Source: Macrostomum lignano
Taxonomy: Eukaryota
Direction of reading: 5' to 3'
DNA: 64,000 nt
Assembly: GCA_002269645.1 (NCBI GenBank)
Contig: NIVC01001748.1
Location: forward strand, 124,001-188,000
Positions 34,780-47,294 of this stretch are shown piece after piece. The translations under genes were made by a program, and so were the position numbers. The notes under the pieces were generated by a model. That model was not told where the DNA came from and ran no database searches. It saw nothing but the letters and a program-made list of their open reading frames with translations. Each line of letters opens with the position of its first letter. Positions within the stretch are counted from its first letter, which is position 1.

Positions 34780-34883
34780 CTGAAAATAATTAATAAAAAA
34801 CAATACTCAGGTTTCGTCAAGCCAATAAATTTATTGATAGGATTTGACAATTAGCAATGAAAAAAGTGTGAATTTTTGCTTGC

Positions 34884-35078
34884 CCGAATGCTTTGCCACT
34901 TGCTGCGCTGATGTTTCTTAGAACAGGAGCACAGCTTGTCCTTCAGCCAGTACAGCGCGTACAGGAAAGTCTTCGGACTGGGCACGATGTTGAACGGCAC
35001 TGGCAGGGTGCCGCCCTCTTCGAAGTAGCTGATCCACAGCTTGCTGCGGGCGAACTTCCACTCTGTGTCCGATTGCAT
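34884..35078 (-). CDS. TRPC: TRPC exon with TRP box
   Basis: [31 protein letters not shown]; ends at a GC donor (CGG|GCAAG). Confidence 0.92.
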
Positions 35079-35109
35079 CTGCGGGGGCGGGGGCAGGGGA
35101 GACACTGCT

Positions 35110-35857
35110 TGACAGGGAGGTGTCAGATGGGTGAATTCCCTGTTTGAGAGGGAGGTGTCAGATGGGTGAATTCACTGTTTGAGAGGGAGGTGTCAGATAG
35201 GTAAATTCACTGTTTGAGAGGGAGGTGTCAGATAGGTGAATTCACTGTTTGAGAGGGAGGTGTCAGATAGGTGAATTCACTGTTTGAGAGGGAGGTGTCA
35301 GATTGGGTGAATTCACTGTTTGAGAGGGAGGTGTCAGATTGGGTGAATTCACTGTTTCACAGGGAGGTGTCAGATGAATGAATTCACTGTTTCACAGGGA
35401 GGTGTCAGATGAATGAATTCACTATTTCACAGGGAGGTGTCAGATGAATGAATTCACTGTTTCACGGGGAGGTGTCAGATGAATGAATTCACTGTTTCAC
35501 AGGGAGGTGTCAGATGAATGAATTCACTGTTTCACAGGGAGGTGTCAGATGAATGAATTCACTTTTTCACAGGGAGGTGTCAGGTGAATTCACTGTTTCA
35601 CAGGGAGGTGTCAGGTGAATGAATTCACTGTTTCACAGGGAGGTGTCAGGTGAATGAATTCACTGTTTCACAGGGAGGTGTCAGATGAATGAATTCACTG
35701 TTTCACAGGGAGGTGTCAGATGAATGAATTCACTGTTTCACAGGGAGGTGTCAGGTGAATTCACTGTTTCACAGGGAGGTGTCAGGTGAATGAATTCACT
35801 GTTTCACAGGGAGGTGTCAGGTGAATGAATTCACTGTTTGACAGGGAGGTGTCAGAT
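35110..35857. repeat. About 35-bp minisatellite (CACAGGGAGGTGTCAGATGAATGAATTCACTGTTT)
   Basis: Direct. Confidence 0.93.
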
Positions 35858-36289
35858 CATTAAAAATCACGGTTCGACAACAGATATCAGGGATTAGTTA
35901 GGATTACAATCTTAGGATTTATAAAACAGTTTTCAACTTCAGTTTGGTTCGTCTGCCAGTGGGTTATCCTCTTTTCAAAGAGATGCAAAAGTCTTATTTC
36001 CTTGGCTATATTGGCTTCGAAGTAAATATTTACAAAACCGCTGCATTAGAAGACTTAGAAAAAGGTCAAATGTTGAGAGGTAAAGAGGCGCGAAAGTTTT
36101 TTTGATTCAAGCTGAAGACATATTATGATCAACCTTTTTAAATGTGTTTAGAAGCTGGAATACCTTTATCTTTATTTTATGCGATGTGATGAAGCATGCT
36201 GATTTTTGTACCGTTTATAAGACAGTGAAGAAAAAGGACTGATAAACTCCTGTTGAGGAATAAATAGTTTCTAGGAAGGAATAGGAGGA

Positions 36290-36975
<686 letters not shown>

Positions 36976-36986
36976 ATGTCACGCAC

Positions 36987-37081
36987 CGCGATAAACTCAT
37001 AGCTGCAGTTCATCATGGCGATGAGCATGTTCAGCAGGACAACAAACGTGATTGCTGAGAACACGCCGTACATCAGTTTGC
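36987..37081 (-). CDS. TRPC: TRPC exon (S6 helix)
   Basis: GKLMYGVFSAITFVVLLNMLIAMMNCSYEFIA; phase 1-0. Confidence 0.93.
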
Positions 37082-37364
37082 CTGCGGAAATGAAGAAAAT
37101 GAACGGTTTTGCCTTTTTGATTGCATATATTACTAGCAGTAGTTTACAAAACCAAGAGCAAATAAATGCACAACTGTGTCAGCTAAAAATGCTGATATAT
37201 ATACCTTAAGCAGCAAACCCGCAGTTGCATTTCTACTGCAATTTCTGTTTCTTCAAATTCCTAGGAATCGAACTTGGGTCTCAATTTCAATCCATAGTAT
37301 TCACGGATGCCCGGTCAAATAGGACTAAACCTTAATGAGCTTAGTTTCAGCTTGGTACAGAATC

Positions 37365-38160
37365 TCTAATCTAATCTAATCTAATCTCTCTCACCCAGGG
37401 TCTCTAGTCTAATCTCACTCTCTTACTCAGAATCTCTAATCTAATCTCACTCAAAGTCTTTAATCTAATCTTACTTAAACGTCTCTAATTTAATCTCACT
37501 TAAACGTCTCTAATCTAATCTCACTGAAAAGTCTCTAATCTAATCTCACCCAAAGTCTCTAATCTAATCTCACCCAAAGTAATATAATCTAATCTCACCC
37601 AAAGTCTCTAATCTAATCTTACCCAAAGTCTCTAATCTAATCTCACCGAAGTCTCTAATCTAATCTTACCCAAAGTCTCTAATCTAATCTCACCGAAGTC
37701 TCTAATCTAATCTTACCCAAAGTCTCTAATCTAATCTCACCGAAGTCTCTAATATAATCTTACCCAAAGTCTCTAATCTAATCTCACCGAAGTCTCTAAT
37801 ATAATCTTACCCAAAGTCTCTAATCTAATTTCAACCGAAGTCTCTAATCTAATTTCATCCAAAGTATCTAATCTAATCTCACCCAAAGTCTCTAATCTAG
37901 TCTCACCCAAGTCTCTAATCTAATCTCACCCAAAGTCTCTAATCTAATCTCACCCAAAGTCTCTAATCTAGTTTCACCCCAAGTCTCTAATCTAATCTCA
38001 CCCAAAGTCTCTAATCTAATCTCACCCAAAGCCTCGAATCTAATCTCACCCCAAGTCTCTAATCTAATCTCACCCAAAGTCTCTAATCTAATCTCACCCA
38101 AAGTCTCTAATCTAATCTCACCCAAAGTCTCTAATCTAATCTGACCCCAAGTCTCTAATC
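37365..38160. repeat. 24-bp minisatellite (TCTCTAATCTAATCTCACCCAAAG)
   Basis: Direct. Confidence 0.9.
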
Positions 38161-38829
38161 TCAATTATTCTCTCATCCACCCCCGCCAACCTAAATCTGC
38201 CACCTACACAATCCTATGATAGAGTAAGTCAATTAGCATGCAACCATTGGCTCTGTGGAAAAACACGAATCATATCTTATTTATTTGTCCCGTCAACCAC
38301 CCAACTGCAAGATTAAAATTAACAGTTACGGCATTTACTTTTATTGGTAGGAAAAAAGTCATCTGAGGACATGAACTGGATGTGCATTGCTTGCTATTAT
38401 TTCTGATAAGTTGCAGAAAAGCACCGGAAACAAAAACTGCTTTTATAAACACTTTAAAGCGTTTACGAAACTAAACAGTAGCTGCGTACAGTCACTGCAA
38501 ACTTTGAACCCTGATCGTATAAGCCTAATCATCCAATATTTATCATCAGAATTTCTCAGTGTCCCTAACCAGACATTGAATATTAGAACACCTTGACAGT
38601 TGAAAATGTCCATCCATGGAGTGGGTTGACCTAGCTTGTTCATTACTAATGTAAACAAAGGGCATGTTAATTATAGCAATCCAAGTTTTAGTGTGACGAA
38701 ACTCGCGTATTTATCAACTTGAACAGGATGACAAGGCCTTATGCAGCGGTGCTATATTTTCCAGTGGTCAGTGCTGGGAATTTCTAGAATATCTTGGCAC
38801 TACGGAAGCTGGTACTGCTTCACAGCGCG

Positions 38830-38928
38830 ATGAAGAACTTGCCTCTGCTGTTGCAACAGTTTTCTGTTATCGTTCTTCTTATCAACGGACTTGTTCTTCA
38901 GCATCATCAAGTGGCTGCTAACTCGTCG
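38830..38928 (+). CDS. Nested Delta-like gene exon 1 (signal peptide)
   Basis: MKNLPLLLQQFSVIVLLINGLVLQHHQVAANSS|gtaagt, phase 0. Confidence 0.7.
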
Positions 38929-38944
38929 GTAAGTTAAACAGACT

Positions 38945-39300
38945 GTCAGAGAGTCAGGGGTGGAGAGAGTCAGGGGTTTAGAGAGTCAGGGGTGGAGAGA
39001 GTCAGGGGTGGAGAGAGTCAGGGGTGAAGAGAGTCAAGGGTGGAGCGAGTCAGGGTGTAGAGAGTCAGGGGTTTAGAGAGTCAGGGGTGGAGAGAGTCAG
39101 GGGTGAAGAGAGTCAAGGGTGGAGCGAGTCAGTGGTAGAGAGAATCAGAGGTAGAGAGAATCAGAGGTAGAGAGAGTCAGAAGTAGAATAGAGTCAGGGG
39201 TGGAGGGAGTCAGGGGTGTAGAGAGTCAAGGGTGGAGAGAGTCAGGGGTAGAATAGAGTCAGGGTTAGTGAGAATCAGAAGTGGAGAAAGTCAGAAGTGG
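38945..39300. repeat. 16-bp minisatellite (GAGAGTCAGGGGTGGA)
   Basis: Direct. Confidence 0.85.
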
Positions 39301-39464
39301 AGAGTCAGGCGAGAGTCAGGAATGAAAATAGTCAGAATGTAAAGTCAGGAGAGTCAGGAGACTGAGATTCAGTGGAAATATGGAATTAGTTAAAAGTCAG
39401 ATTTTTTCTCTGGAATAAATTTGAGACAGAAACAGAGTCTCAGGAGGGAAAAGTGAGACAGGAG

Positions 39465-40245
39465 CTGAGAGTCAGCAGGGAAAGTGAGACTGAGAGTCAG
39501 TCAGCAGGGAAAGTGAGACTGAGAGTCAGTCAGCAGGGAAAAGTGAGACTGAGAGTCAGTCAGCAGGGAAAGTGAGACTGAGAGTCAGTCAGCAGGAAAA
39601 GTGAGACAGGAGCTGAGAGTCAGTCAGCAGGGAAAGTGAGACTGAGAGTCAGTCAGCAGGGAAAAGTGAGACTGAGAGTCAGTCAGCAGGGAAAGTGAGA
39701 CTGAGAGTCAGTCAGCAGGAAAAGTGAGACAGGAGCTGAGAGTCAGTCAGCAGGGAAAGTGAGACTGAGAGTCAGTCAGCAGGGAAAGTGAGACTGAGAG
39801 TCAGTCAGCAGGGAAAGTGAGACTGAGAGTCAGTCAGCAGGGAAAGTGAGACTGAGAGTCAGTCAGCAGGGAAAGTGAGACTGAGAGTCAGTCAGCAGGG
39901 AAAGTGAGACTGAGAGTCAGTCAGCAGGAAAAGTGAGACAGGAGCTGAGAGTCAGTCAGCAGGGAAAGTGAGACTGAGAGTCAGTCAGCAGGGAAAGTGA
40001 GACTGAGAGTCAGTCAGCAGGGAAAGTGAGACTGAGAGTCAGTCAGCAGGGAAAGTGAGACTGAGAGTCAGTCAGCAGGGAAAGTGAGACTGAGAGTCAG
40101 TCAGCAGGGAAAGTGAGACTGAGAGTCAGTCAGCAGGGAAAGTGAGACTGAGAGTCAGTCAGCAGGGAAAGTGAGACTGAGAGTCAGTCAGCAGGGAAAG
40201 TGAGACTGAGAGTCAGTCAGCAGGGAAAAGTGAGACTGAGAGTCT
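39465..40245. repeat. 29-bp minisatellite (AGTCAGCAGGGAAAGTGAGACTGAGAGTC)
   Basis: Direct. Confidence 0.93.
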
Positions 40246-40286
40246 GAGCTAAAATGTTTCTAATTCACACCTGTTGCGTACAATAG

Positions 40287-40411
40287 GCCAGGCTGGTCCT
40301 CCGTCTGATCAGTTATGAAAATTTGGCCAACCTGAGAATCAGCGGAGCTAGCTGCGACTCAATGAGGTCGCCTTGCGATCCGTCCTTTGATGTTACCGCC
40401 ATCTGGGGCGG
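40287..40411 (+). CDS. Nested Delta-like gene exon 2 (start of MNNL/C2-like domain)
   Basis: aatag|ARLVLRLISYENLANLRISGASCDSMRSPCDPSFDVTAIWG|gtgagt, phase 0-2; resembles the Notch-ligand N-terminal pattern LEL-L--F-N--G----G-CCD---CD--F-V. Confidence 0.68.
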
Positions 40412-40550
40412 GTGAGTACATTGAAAACTGTCTATGACCCAAGGTTTGCGCTCCCAATCGACTTTCAAGCCAAAGTATCCTGATTCGATTCCGTGCACGA
40501 CCGAAAAAACAGTATTTTTGAATGAAATTAGATTCAACTTATTCATTCAG

Positions 40551-40671
40551 ACCAGACATTCGAGTCACTAGCCCCTGTCTAAGCAACGAGGAGCGAGTCT
40601 ACTTCCCAGACGAAGTGTCAAGACTGCCAGAGCTAGCCAAACCAATCAAAAGTCGAGACGGTCCGATGCCC
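40551..40671 (+). CDS. Nested Delta-like gene exon 3
   Basis: ttcag|...SPCLSNEERVYFPDEVSRLPELAKPIKSRDGPMP|gtaaga, phase 2-0. Confidence 0.62.
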
Positions 40672-40744
40672 GTAAGATTTTTATCATTTTTCATTTAGAA
40701 TAAATTTTTAGAGGCTATGAAATAGGTGTCTAAATTCAGCTGAA

Positions 40745-41055
40745 CAATAACAAATGGGGTGGGCGCAGTGAGGGGCAAGAAAAAAGGGGGGAGTGGAAAT
40801 AACGGGGGAGTGGGGGCGCAGTGAGGGTAGGAAATAACGGAGGAGTGGGGGCGCAGTGAGGGGCAAGAAATAACGGAGGAGTGGGGCGCAGTGAGAGTAG
40901 GAAATAACGGGGGAGTGGTGGGCGCAGTGAGGGTAAGAAATAACGGGGGAGTGGGGGCGCAGTGAGGGGCAAGAAATAACGGGGGGTGGGGGCGCAGTGA
41001 GGGTAGGAAATAACGGGGGAGTGGGGGCGCAGTGAGGGGCAAGAAATAACGGTGG
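40745..41055. repeat. About 35-bp G-rich minisatellite (GGGGCGCAGTGAGGG..AGAAATAACGGGGGAGT)
   Basis: Direct. Confidence 0.88.
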
Positions 41056-41104
41056 AATGGGGTGGGCTATCTGAGGACACTTTCAATGCCTCTTTCTTTT
41101 ACAG

Positions 41105-41379
41105 AGCTGGGCCGAGGTCCGCATTAGCATCTCAGACTGTCTGTACTCTTCGCCAACAGATTTAATAGCAAGGTTCCAATTGAATATCACCATCCCAATC
41201 GCCGAGTTTATCCCTACTAAGACGACTACTACCGTTGCCATGGATACCAACAGTAGTTTAAGCGTTAATCAAGATATTGGAAGCTTTAGTAAGGGCCAGC
41301 TGGTTCTTCACCCATCCTCAATGAAAGGTAATCCAGCCGTACTGTCGATGCAGCCAATTCATTCTCCAGAGTCAATCAG
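41105..41379 (+). CDS. Nested Delta-like gene exon 4
   Basis: ttttacag|SWAEVRISISDCLYSSPTDLIARF...|gtgaga, phase 0-2; resembles MNNL W-GTFSLIIEAW---DDLI-R. Confidence 0.68.
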
Positions 41380-41469
41380 GTGAGAAAAAGCTTTGGATGT
41401 CGAAGCAAAGTTACTGACTACGAGACACCAGCAGTTTAAAAATATTTATTTTTTTTCCAAAAAAAACAG

Positions 41470-41597
41470 AATGCGCATCTCAGTCTGGATCGAGTGCAGT
41501 CCCGGATTCTACGGCAGAGGCTGCGACGTGCGCTGCGAACCGCAGCGAGGCTGCTGCTGCGATTCGGAGGGTCTGTTGCGATGCGATGAAACAATTG
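41470..41597 (+). CDS. Nested Delta-like gene exon 5 (DSL-like domain)
   Basis: MRISVWIECSPGFYGRGCDVRCEPQRGCCCDSEGLLRCDETI; phase 2-1. Confidence 0.72.
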
Positions 41598-41639
41598 GTG
41601 AGATCGGTGTGCTATGTTTTTAGCTAGGCTACTCTGTGG

Positions 41640-41860
41640 GGGTGATGGGCGGAGTGAGGTGGGTGGTCTTGAGGGGTAGGAATCGACGCGGAGTGAGGTG
41701 TGTGGTCTTGAGGGTAGGAATCGACGCGGAGTGAGGTGGGTGGTCTTGAGGGTAGGAATCGACGCGGAGTGAGGTGTGTGGTCTTGAGGGTAGGAATCGA
41801 CGCGGAGTGAGGTGGGTGGTCTTGAGGGGTAGGAATCGACGCGGAGTGAGGTGGGTGCAT
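41640..41860. repeat. 38/39-bp minisatellite
   Basis: GAGGTGGGTGGTCTTGAGGGTAGGAATCGACGCGGAGT units. Confidence 0.88.
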
Positions 41861-42088
41861 TCTGAGGGGTAGAATCAGTTAAATCAGGGGTTGGCAAGCT
41901 TTTTAATTTAAGGGCTAGATATAGAATCTAGCACATGACTGCGGACTAGAGAGGGGAGAAAGAAGGGGAGAAAGGAAAGTAGATGAAAGACCCAAGGGCG
42001 CGATAGAGAGGCTTCGCGGGCCGGAGGTTGTCGACTCCTAAGTAGAATAACGAGTAGTTCATACGTAGAAATTTTCATATTTCCGCAG

Positions 42089-42192
42089 ACTGCTCAGCCC
42101 AGCTGGCCACGAAACCGGCATTCCCAACCAGCGGACCCGGAGGCGCGGGATCAAGCAATGGCAATTCCGACAATCGAAACAGAGATGAAGCT
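42089..42192 (+). CDS. Nested Delta-like gene exon 6 (last Cys and Gly/Ser/Asn stalk)
   Basis: ccgcag|(D)CSAQLATKPAFPTSGPGGAGSSNGNSDNRNRDEA|gtgagt, phase 1-0. Confidence 0.7.
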
Positions 42193-42266
42193 GTGAGTTG
42201 AAGATTTGTGTAAATTCGTTGAAGTCAGTCGCAACAGTTCAACGTTAAAAAATTTTTTCGCTTCAG

Positions 42267-42370
42267 ACCAGCGTTCTTTTCATAGCCGTGATGGCCTCCT
42301 CAATGACCAGCATTTTCATATTGGCTGTCATTGCTCTTGTGGCCATCAAAATGTGCAAAGCGTCGGAGAG
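42267..42370 (+). CDS. Nested Delta-like gene exon 7 (transmembrane helix)
   Basis: cttcag|TSVLFIAVMASSMTSIFILAVIALVAIKMCKASE|gtgaga, phase 0-2. Confidence 0.75.
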
Positions 42371-42384
42371 GTGAGAGCGAAGCG

Positions 42385-43557
42385 CCTCTGTAGCTGGCGC
42401 CCCTCTGTAGCTGGCGCCCCTCTGTAACTGGCGCCCCCCTCTGTAGCTGGTGCCCCTCTGTAGCTGGCGCCCCTCTGTAGCTGGCGCCCCCCTCTGTAGC
42501 TGGCGCCCCTCTGTAGCTGGCGCTCCTTCTCTGTAGCTGGCGCTCCCTCTGTAGCTGGCGCCCCCTCTGTAGCTGGTATCCCCTCTGTAGCTGGCGCCCC
42601 CTCTGTAGCTAGCGCCCCTCTGTAGCTGGCGCCCCCTCTGTAGCTGGCGCCCCTCTGTAGCTGGCGCCCCTCTGTAGCTGGCGCCCCTCTGTAGCTGGCG
42701 CCCCTCTGTAGCTGGCGCCCCCCCTCTGTAGCTGGCGCCTCCCTCTGTAGCTGGCGCTCCCTCTGTAGCTGGCCACCCTCTGTAGCTGGCGCTCCTTCTC
42801 TGCAGCTGGCGCCTTCCTCTGTAGCTGGCATCCTCTCTGTAGCTGGCGCCCCTCTGTAGAGGGCGCCCCCTCTGTAGCTGGCGCCCCCTCTGCAGCTGGC
42901 GCCCCTCTGTAGCTGGCGCCCCTCTGTAGCTGGCGCTCCCTCTGTAGCTGGCGCCCCTCTGTAGCTGGCGCCCCCTCTGTAGCTGGCCACCCTCTGTAGC
43001 TGGCGCTCCTTCTCTGTAGCTGGCGTCCTCTCTGTAGCTGGCATCCTCTCTGTAGCTGGCATCCTCTCTGTAGCTGGCATCCTCTCTGTAGCTGGCGCCC
43101 CTCTGTAGAGGGCGCCCCCTCTGTAGCTGGCGCCCCCTCTGTAGCTGGCATCCCCTCTGTAGCTGGCGCCCCCTCTGCAGCTGGCGCCCCTCTGCAGCTG
43201 GCGCCCCTCTGTAGCTGGCGCCCTTCTGCAGCTGGCGCTCCTTCTGTAGCTGGCGCCCCTCTGTAGCTGGCGCCCCTCTGTAGCTGGCGCCCCCCTCTGT
43301 AGCTGGCGCCCCTCTGCAGCTGGCGCCCCTCTGTAGCTGGCGCCCCTCTGTAGCTGGCGCCCCTCTGTAGCTGGCGCCCCTCTGCAGCTGGCGCCCCTCT
43401 GTAGCTGGCGCCCCTCTGTAGCTGGCGCCCCTCTGCAGCTGGCGCTCCTCTGTAGCTGGCGCCCCTCTGTAGCTGGCGCCCCTCTGTAGCTGGCGCCCCT
43501 CTGCAGCTGGCGCCCCTCTGTAGCTGGCGCCCCTCTGTAGCTGGCGCCCCTCTGCAG
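42385..43557. repeat. 17/18-bp minisatellite (CTGGCGCCCCTCTGTAG)
   Basis: Direct. Confidence 0.93.
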
Positions 43558-43600
43558 CGGATGCGCACATGTAGCTACTGGATCTCAATTTAAATTTCAG

Positions 43601-43991
43601 CAACGCCCTTATCATCAGCCGCCTGGTGTCTCAAGACGCTTCAGTGTCATCCGTAGACGCAGACAGCACCGTGCTGAACCTCAGACGTCAGCAGAATCAC
43701 TACCAGCTGCAGCACCAGAATCTGGGCTACTTCAATCCAGCCTCGTACAACACTCTCACCTCCCAGGTGACCAATTTGTCAACTATTGTATCCACCTCGG
43801 CGGTGCCTGCTAATAACAGGACCGACTCTGGGGTGTACGAGGACCCTCAGGAGCCGCCAGCTGGTGACCCCAGCGAGACGCCGCCGCCGCCGCCCCCGCC
43901 GCCGCGGCCGCTGCAGTCCAGACAGAGCGAAGACATTCAAAGGATGCCTCAGTCGAAGAGTTACAGTCGCAAAGCTGCTGCCAAAGAGTAG
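43601..43991 (+). CDS. Nested Delta-like gene exon 8 (cytoplasmic tail)
   Basis: tttcag| acceptor in phase 2, joins ORF 43626-43991; Tyr motifs (GVYEDP), poly-Pro, stop TAG. Confidence 0.72.
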
Positions 43992-44371
43992 CACCCAAAT
44001 TCCTTAGAGTTCTCATGACTACAGACTGTTTAATCTGTCAAATCTCAAAATCTCAGATTTCGTGTATTGATAAATTGATCAATGTTCTTCTATCTAGAAC
44101 AAAAACAGCAAAACCAACCTTGCGTTTTTGCACTTCAATTATGCGTATATATGTGCCGAAAATTGTTAACTGTATACTCGAAGCTTCGAAAATATTTATG
44201 ATAAAAATTAATTTGTTATAAATGCTGCCTAAGTTTATTGTTGTCAATAAATCTAGTGAATAATTTTTTTTTTCATAATTTGATTGTGCCTCGTACCTTG
44301 TACCTTGTACCTTGTACCTTGTACCTTGTACATTGTACATTGTAAACAAAAGCCTTCCATTATGAACTCAC

Positions 44372-44472
44372 CAACAAACTCGGTGAATGAGTGCTGATAC
44401 TCCAGATCTGTGTTGCTCAGCTCAACCAGACCGTAGGTTGACCAGTAGAGCGACTGCGTGATCTCAAACAGA
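44372..44472 (-). CDS. TRPC: TRPC exon (pore helix and filter)
   Basis: NLFEITQSLYWSTYGLVELSNTDLEYQHSFTEFVG; phase 2-1; too short for the ORF track. Confidence 0.92.
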
Positions 44473-44696
44473 CTGCATGGCAGGGAGAAAATTGAGGTCT
44501 AGATTTTAGTCCTTTATCACTGTAGCTCTGTTGCTTTCGGGAATCTCCGTTTTTATGATCTGACTGATTTCATGGAAATCCTAGACTTTACTTCGAAGTA
44601 ATCGGCTTATTCATTGTGTTTGACTTTCCTCATTTGATATTCGGCTGATTTTAATGCGATTTTATTCTATAAAATATTTTCGAAAGACAGTTAAAC

Positions 44697-46206
<1,510 letters not shown>

Positions 46207-46604
46207 TCCCCTTGGGCAGACACTTGCAAGAGTTTTGGAAGAAAACAAAGTTAAAAAGATTTGCGAAATTGCGGACTTAATTAGACTTTTTCGACTACTG
46301 CGCTTACTGCGCTCTGATTTAATTCAAGCTTCAATCGGAAATGACGCTATTCAGACAGAAGGACGGAATAAAGGCAACAGAAGAAAAAGAAGATTGAAGA
46401 AATATTTCCTTAGAGAAAAACAAAATAAGACTTTGCTTTGAAGCTTTTGCTACTTGGATAGTTGAGCGACACAAAGAAGGAAGTCGGCAACTCTAAGTAG
46501 TTACAATGGTTGTGTACTCTTTTAGATCCGATTTGAATCTAAAAAAGTAGAATTAGTACTCGCTCTCGCTGCCTTCACTCCCCTCACCGCCATGACAAAT
46601 TCTC

Positions 46605-47035
46605 CCTCTGATCTTCCTCTGACCTCTCTCTGATCTCTCTCTGACCTCTCTCTGACCTCTCTCTGACCTCTCTCTGACCTCTCTCTGACCTCTCTCTGAC
46701 CTCTCTCTGACCTCTCTCTGACCTCTCTCTGACCTCTCTCTGACCTCTCTCTGACCTCTCTCTGATCTCTCTCTGACCTCTCTCTGACCTCTCTCTGACC
46801 TCTCTCTGACCTCTCTCTGACCTCTCTCTGACCTCTCTCTGACCTCTCTCTGACCTCTCTCTGACCTCTCTCTGACCTCTCTCTGACCTCTCTCTGACCT
46901 CTCTCTGACCTCTCTCTGACCTCTCTCTGACCTCTCTCTGACCTCTCTCTGACCTCTCTCTGACCTCTCTCTGACCTCTCTCTGATCTCTCTCTGATCTC
47001 TGTGTGATCTTTCTCTGATCTCTCAGGTCTCTCTC
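46605..47035. repeat. 11-bp minisatellite (GACCTCTCTCT), left part of array split by LTR element
   Basis: Direct; continues at 51495. Confidence 0.93.
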
Positions 47036-47281
47036 TGTAGTGACTTGGTTTGTGTTGTGTGGGGTGCTGGGGGTTGCTGCGTACACTTTACCGTCGTACC
47101 CTTTAACTCTCTCCTTCGCTTGTTCTTTTGTGCGTACGTGCACGTGACTAATATGTCTATTTTACAGTCCCCAAATTATTGATCGGTTAAAATACTATTT
47201 CGACAAATACATATATGAATGATTTTATCATGCTATCGCATAAGCATCTTTCTGCCACGCAAACTAAGTGAAGTCTTTACA
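47036..47281 (+). repeat. 5' LTR of element 2
   Basis: Identical to 51249-51494 by inspection. Confidence 0.95.
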
Positions 47282-47282
47282 G

Positions 47283-47293
47283 TGGCGACGAGG
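47283..47293 (+). promoter_or_regulatory. PBS, tRNA-Ser(GCU) type
   Basis: TGGCGACGAGG, with the gag ATG 1 nt downstream. Confidence 0.78.
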
Positions 47294-47294
47294 C

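Noticed and set aside
37260-37283. tRNA T-arm/B-box-like GTTCGATTCC on the minus strand
   Set aside because: No acceptor stem, D-arm or anticodon arm recognisable
40444-40474. Alternative mini-exon (FALPIDFQAK) for the nested gene
   Set aside because: Requires a 32-nt intron and a weak GTATCC donor; 40551-40671 has better sites and the same phases
42263-43615. 450-aa minus-strand ORF
   Set aside because: 17/18-bp repeat translation, antisense to the nested gene's TM exon
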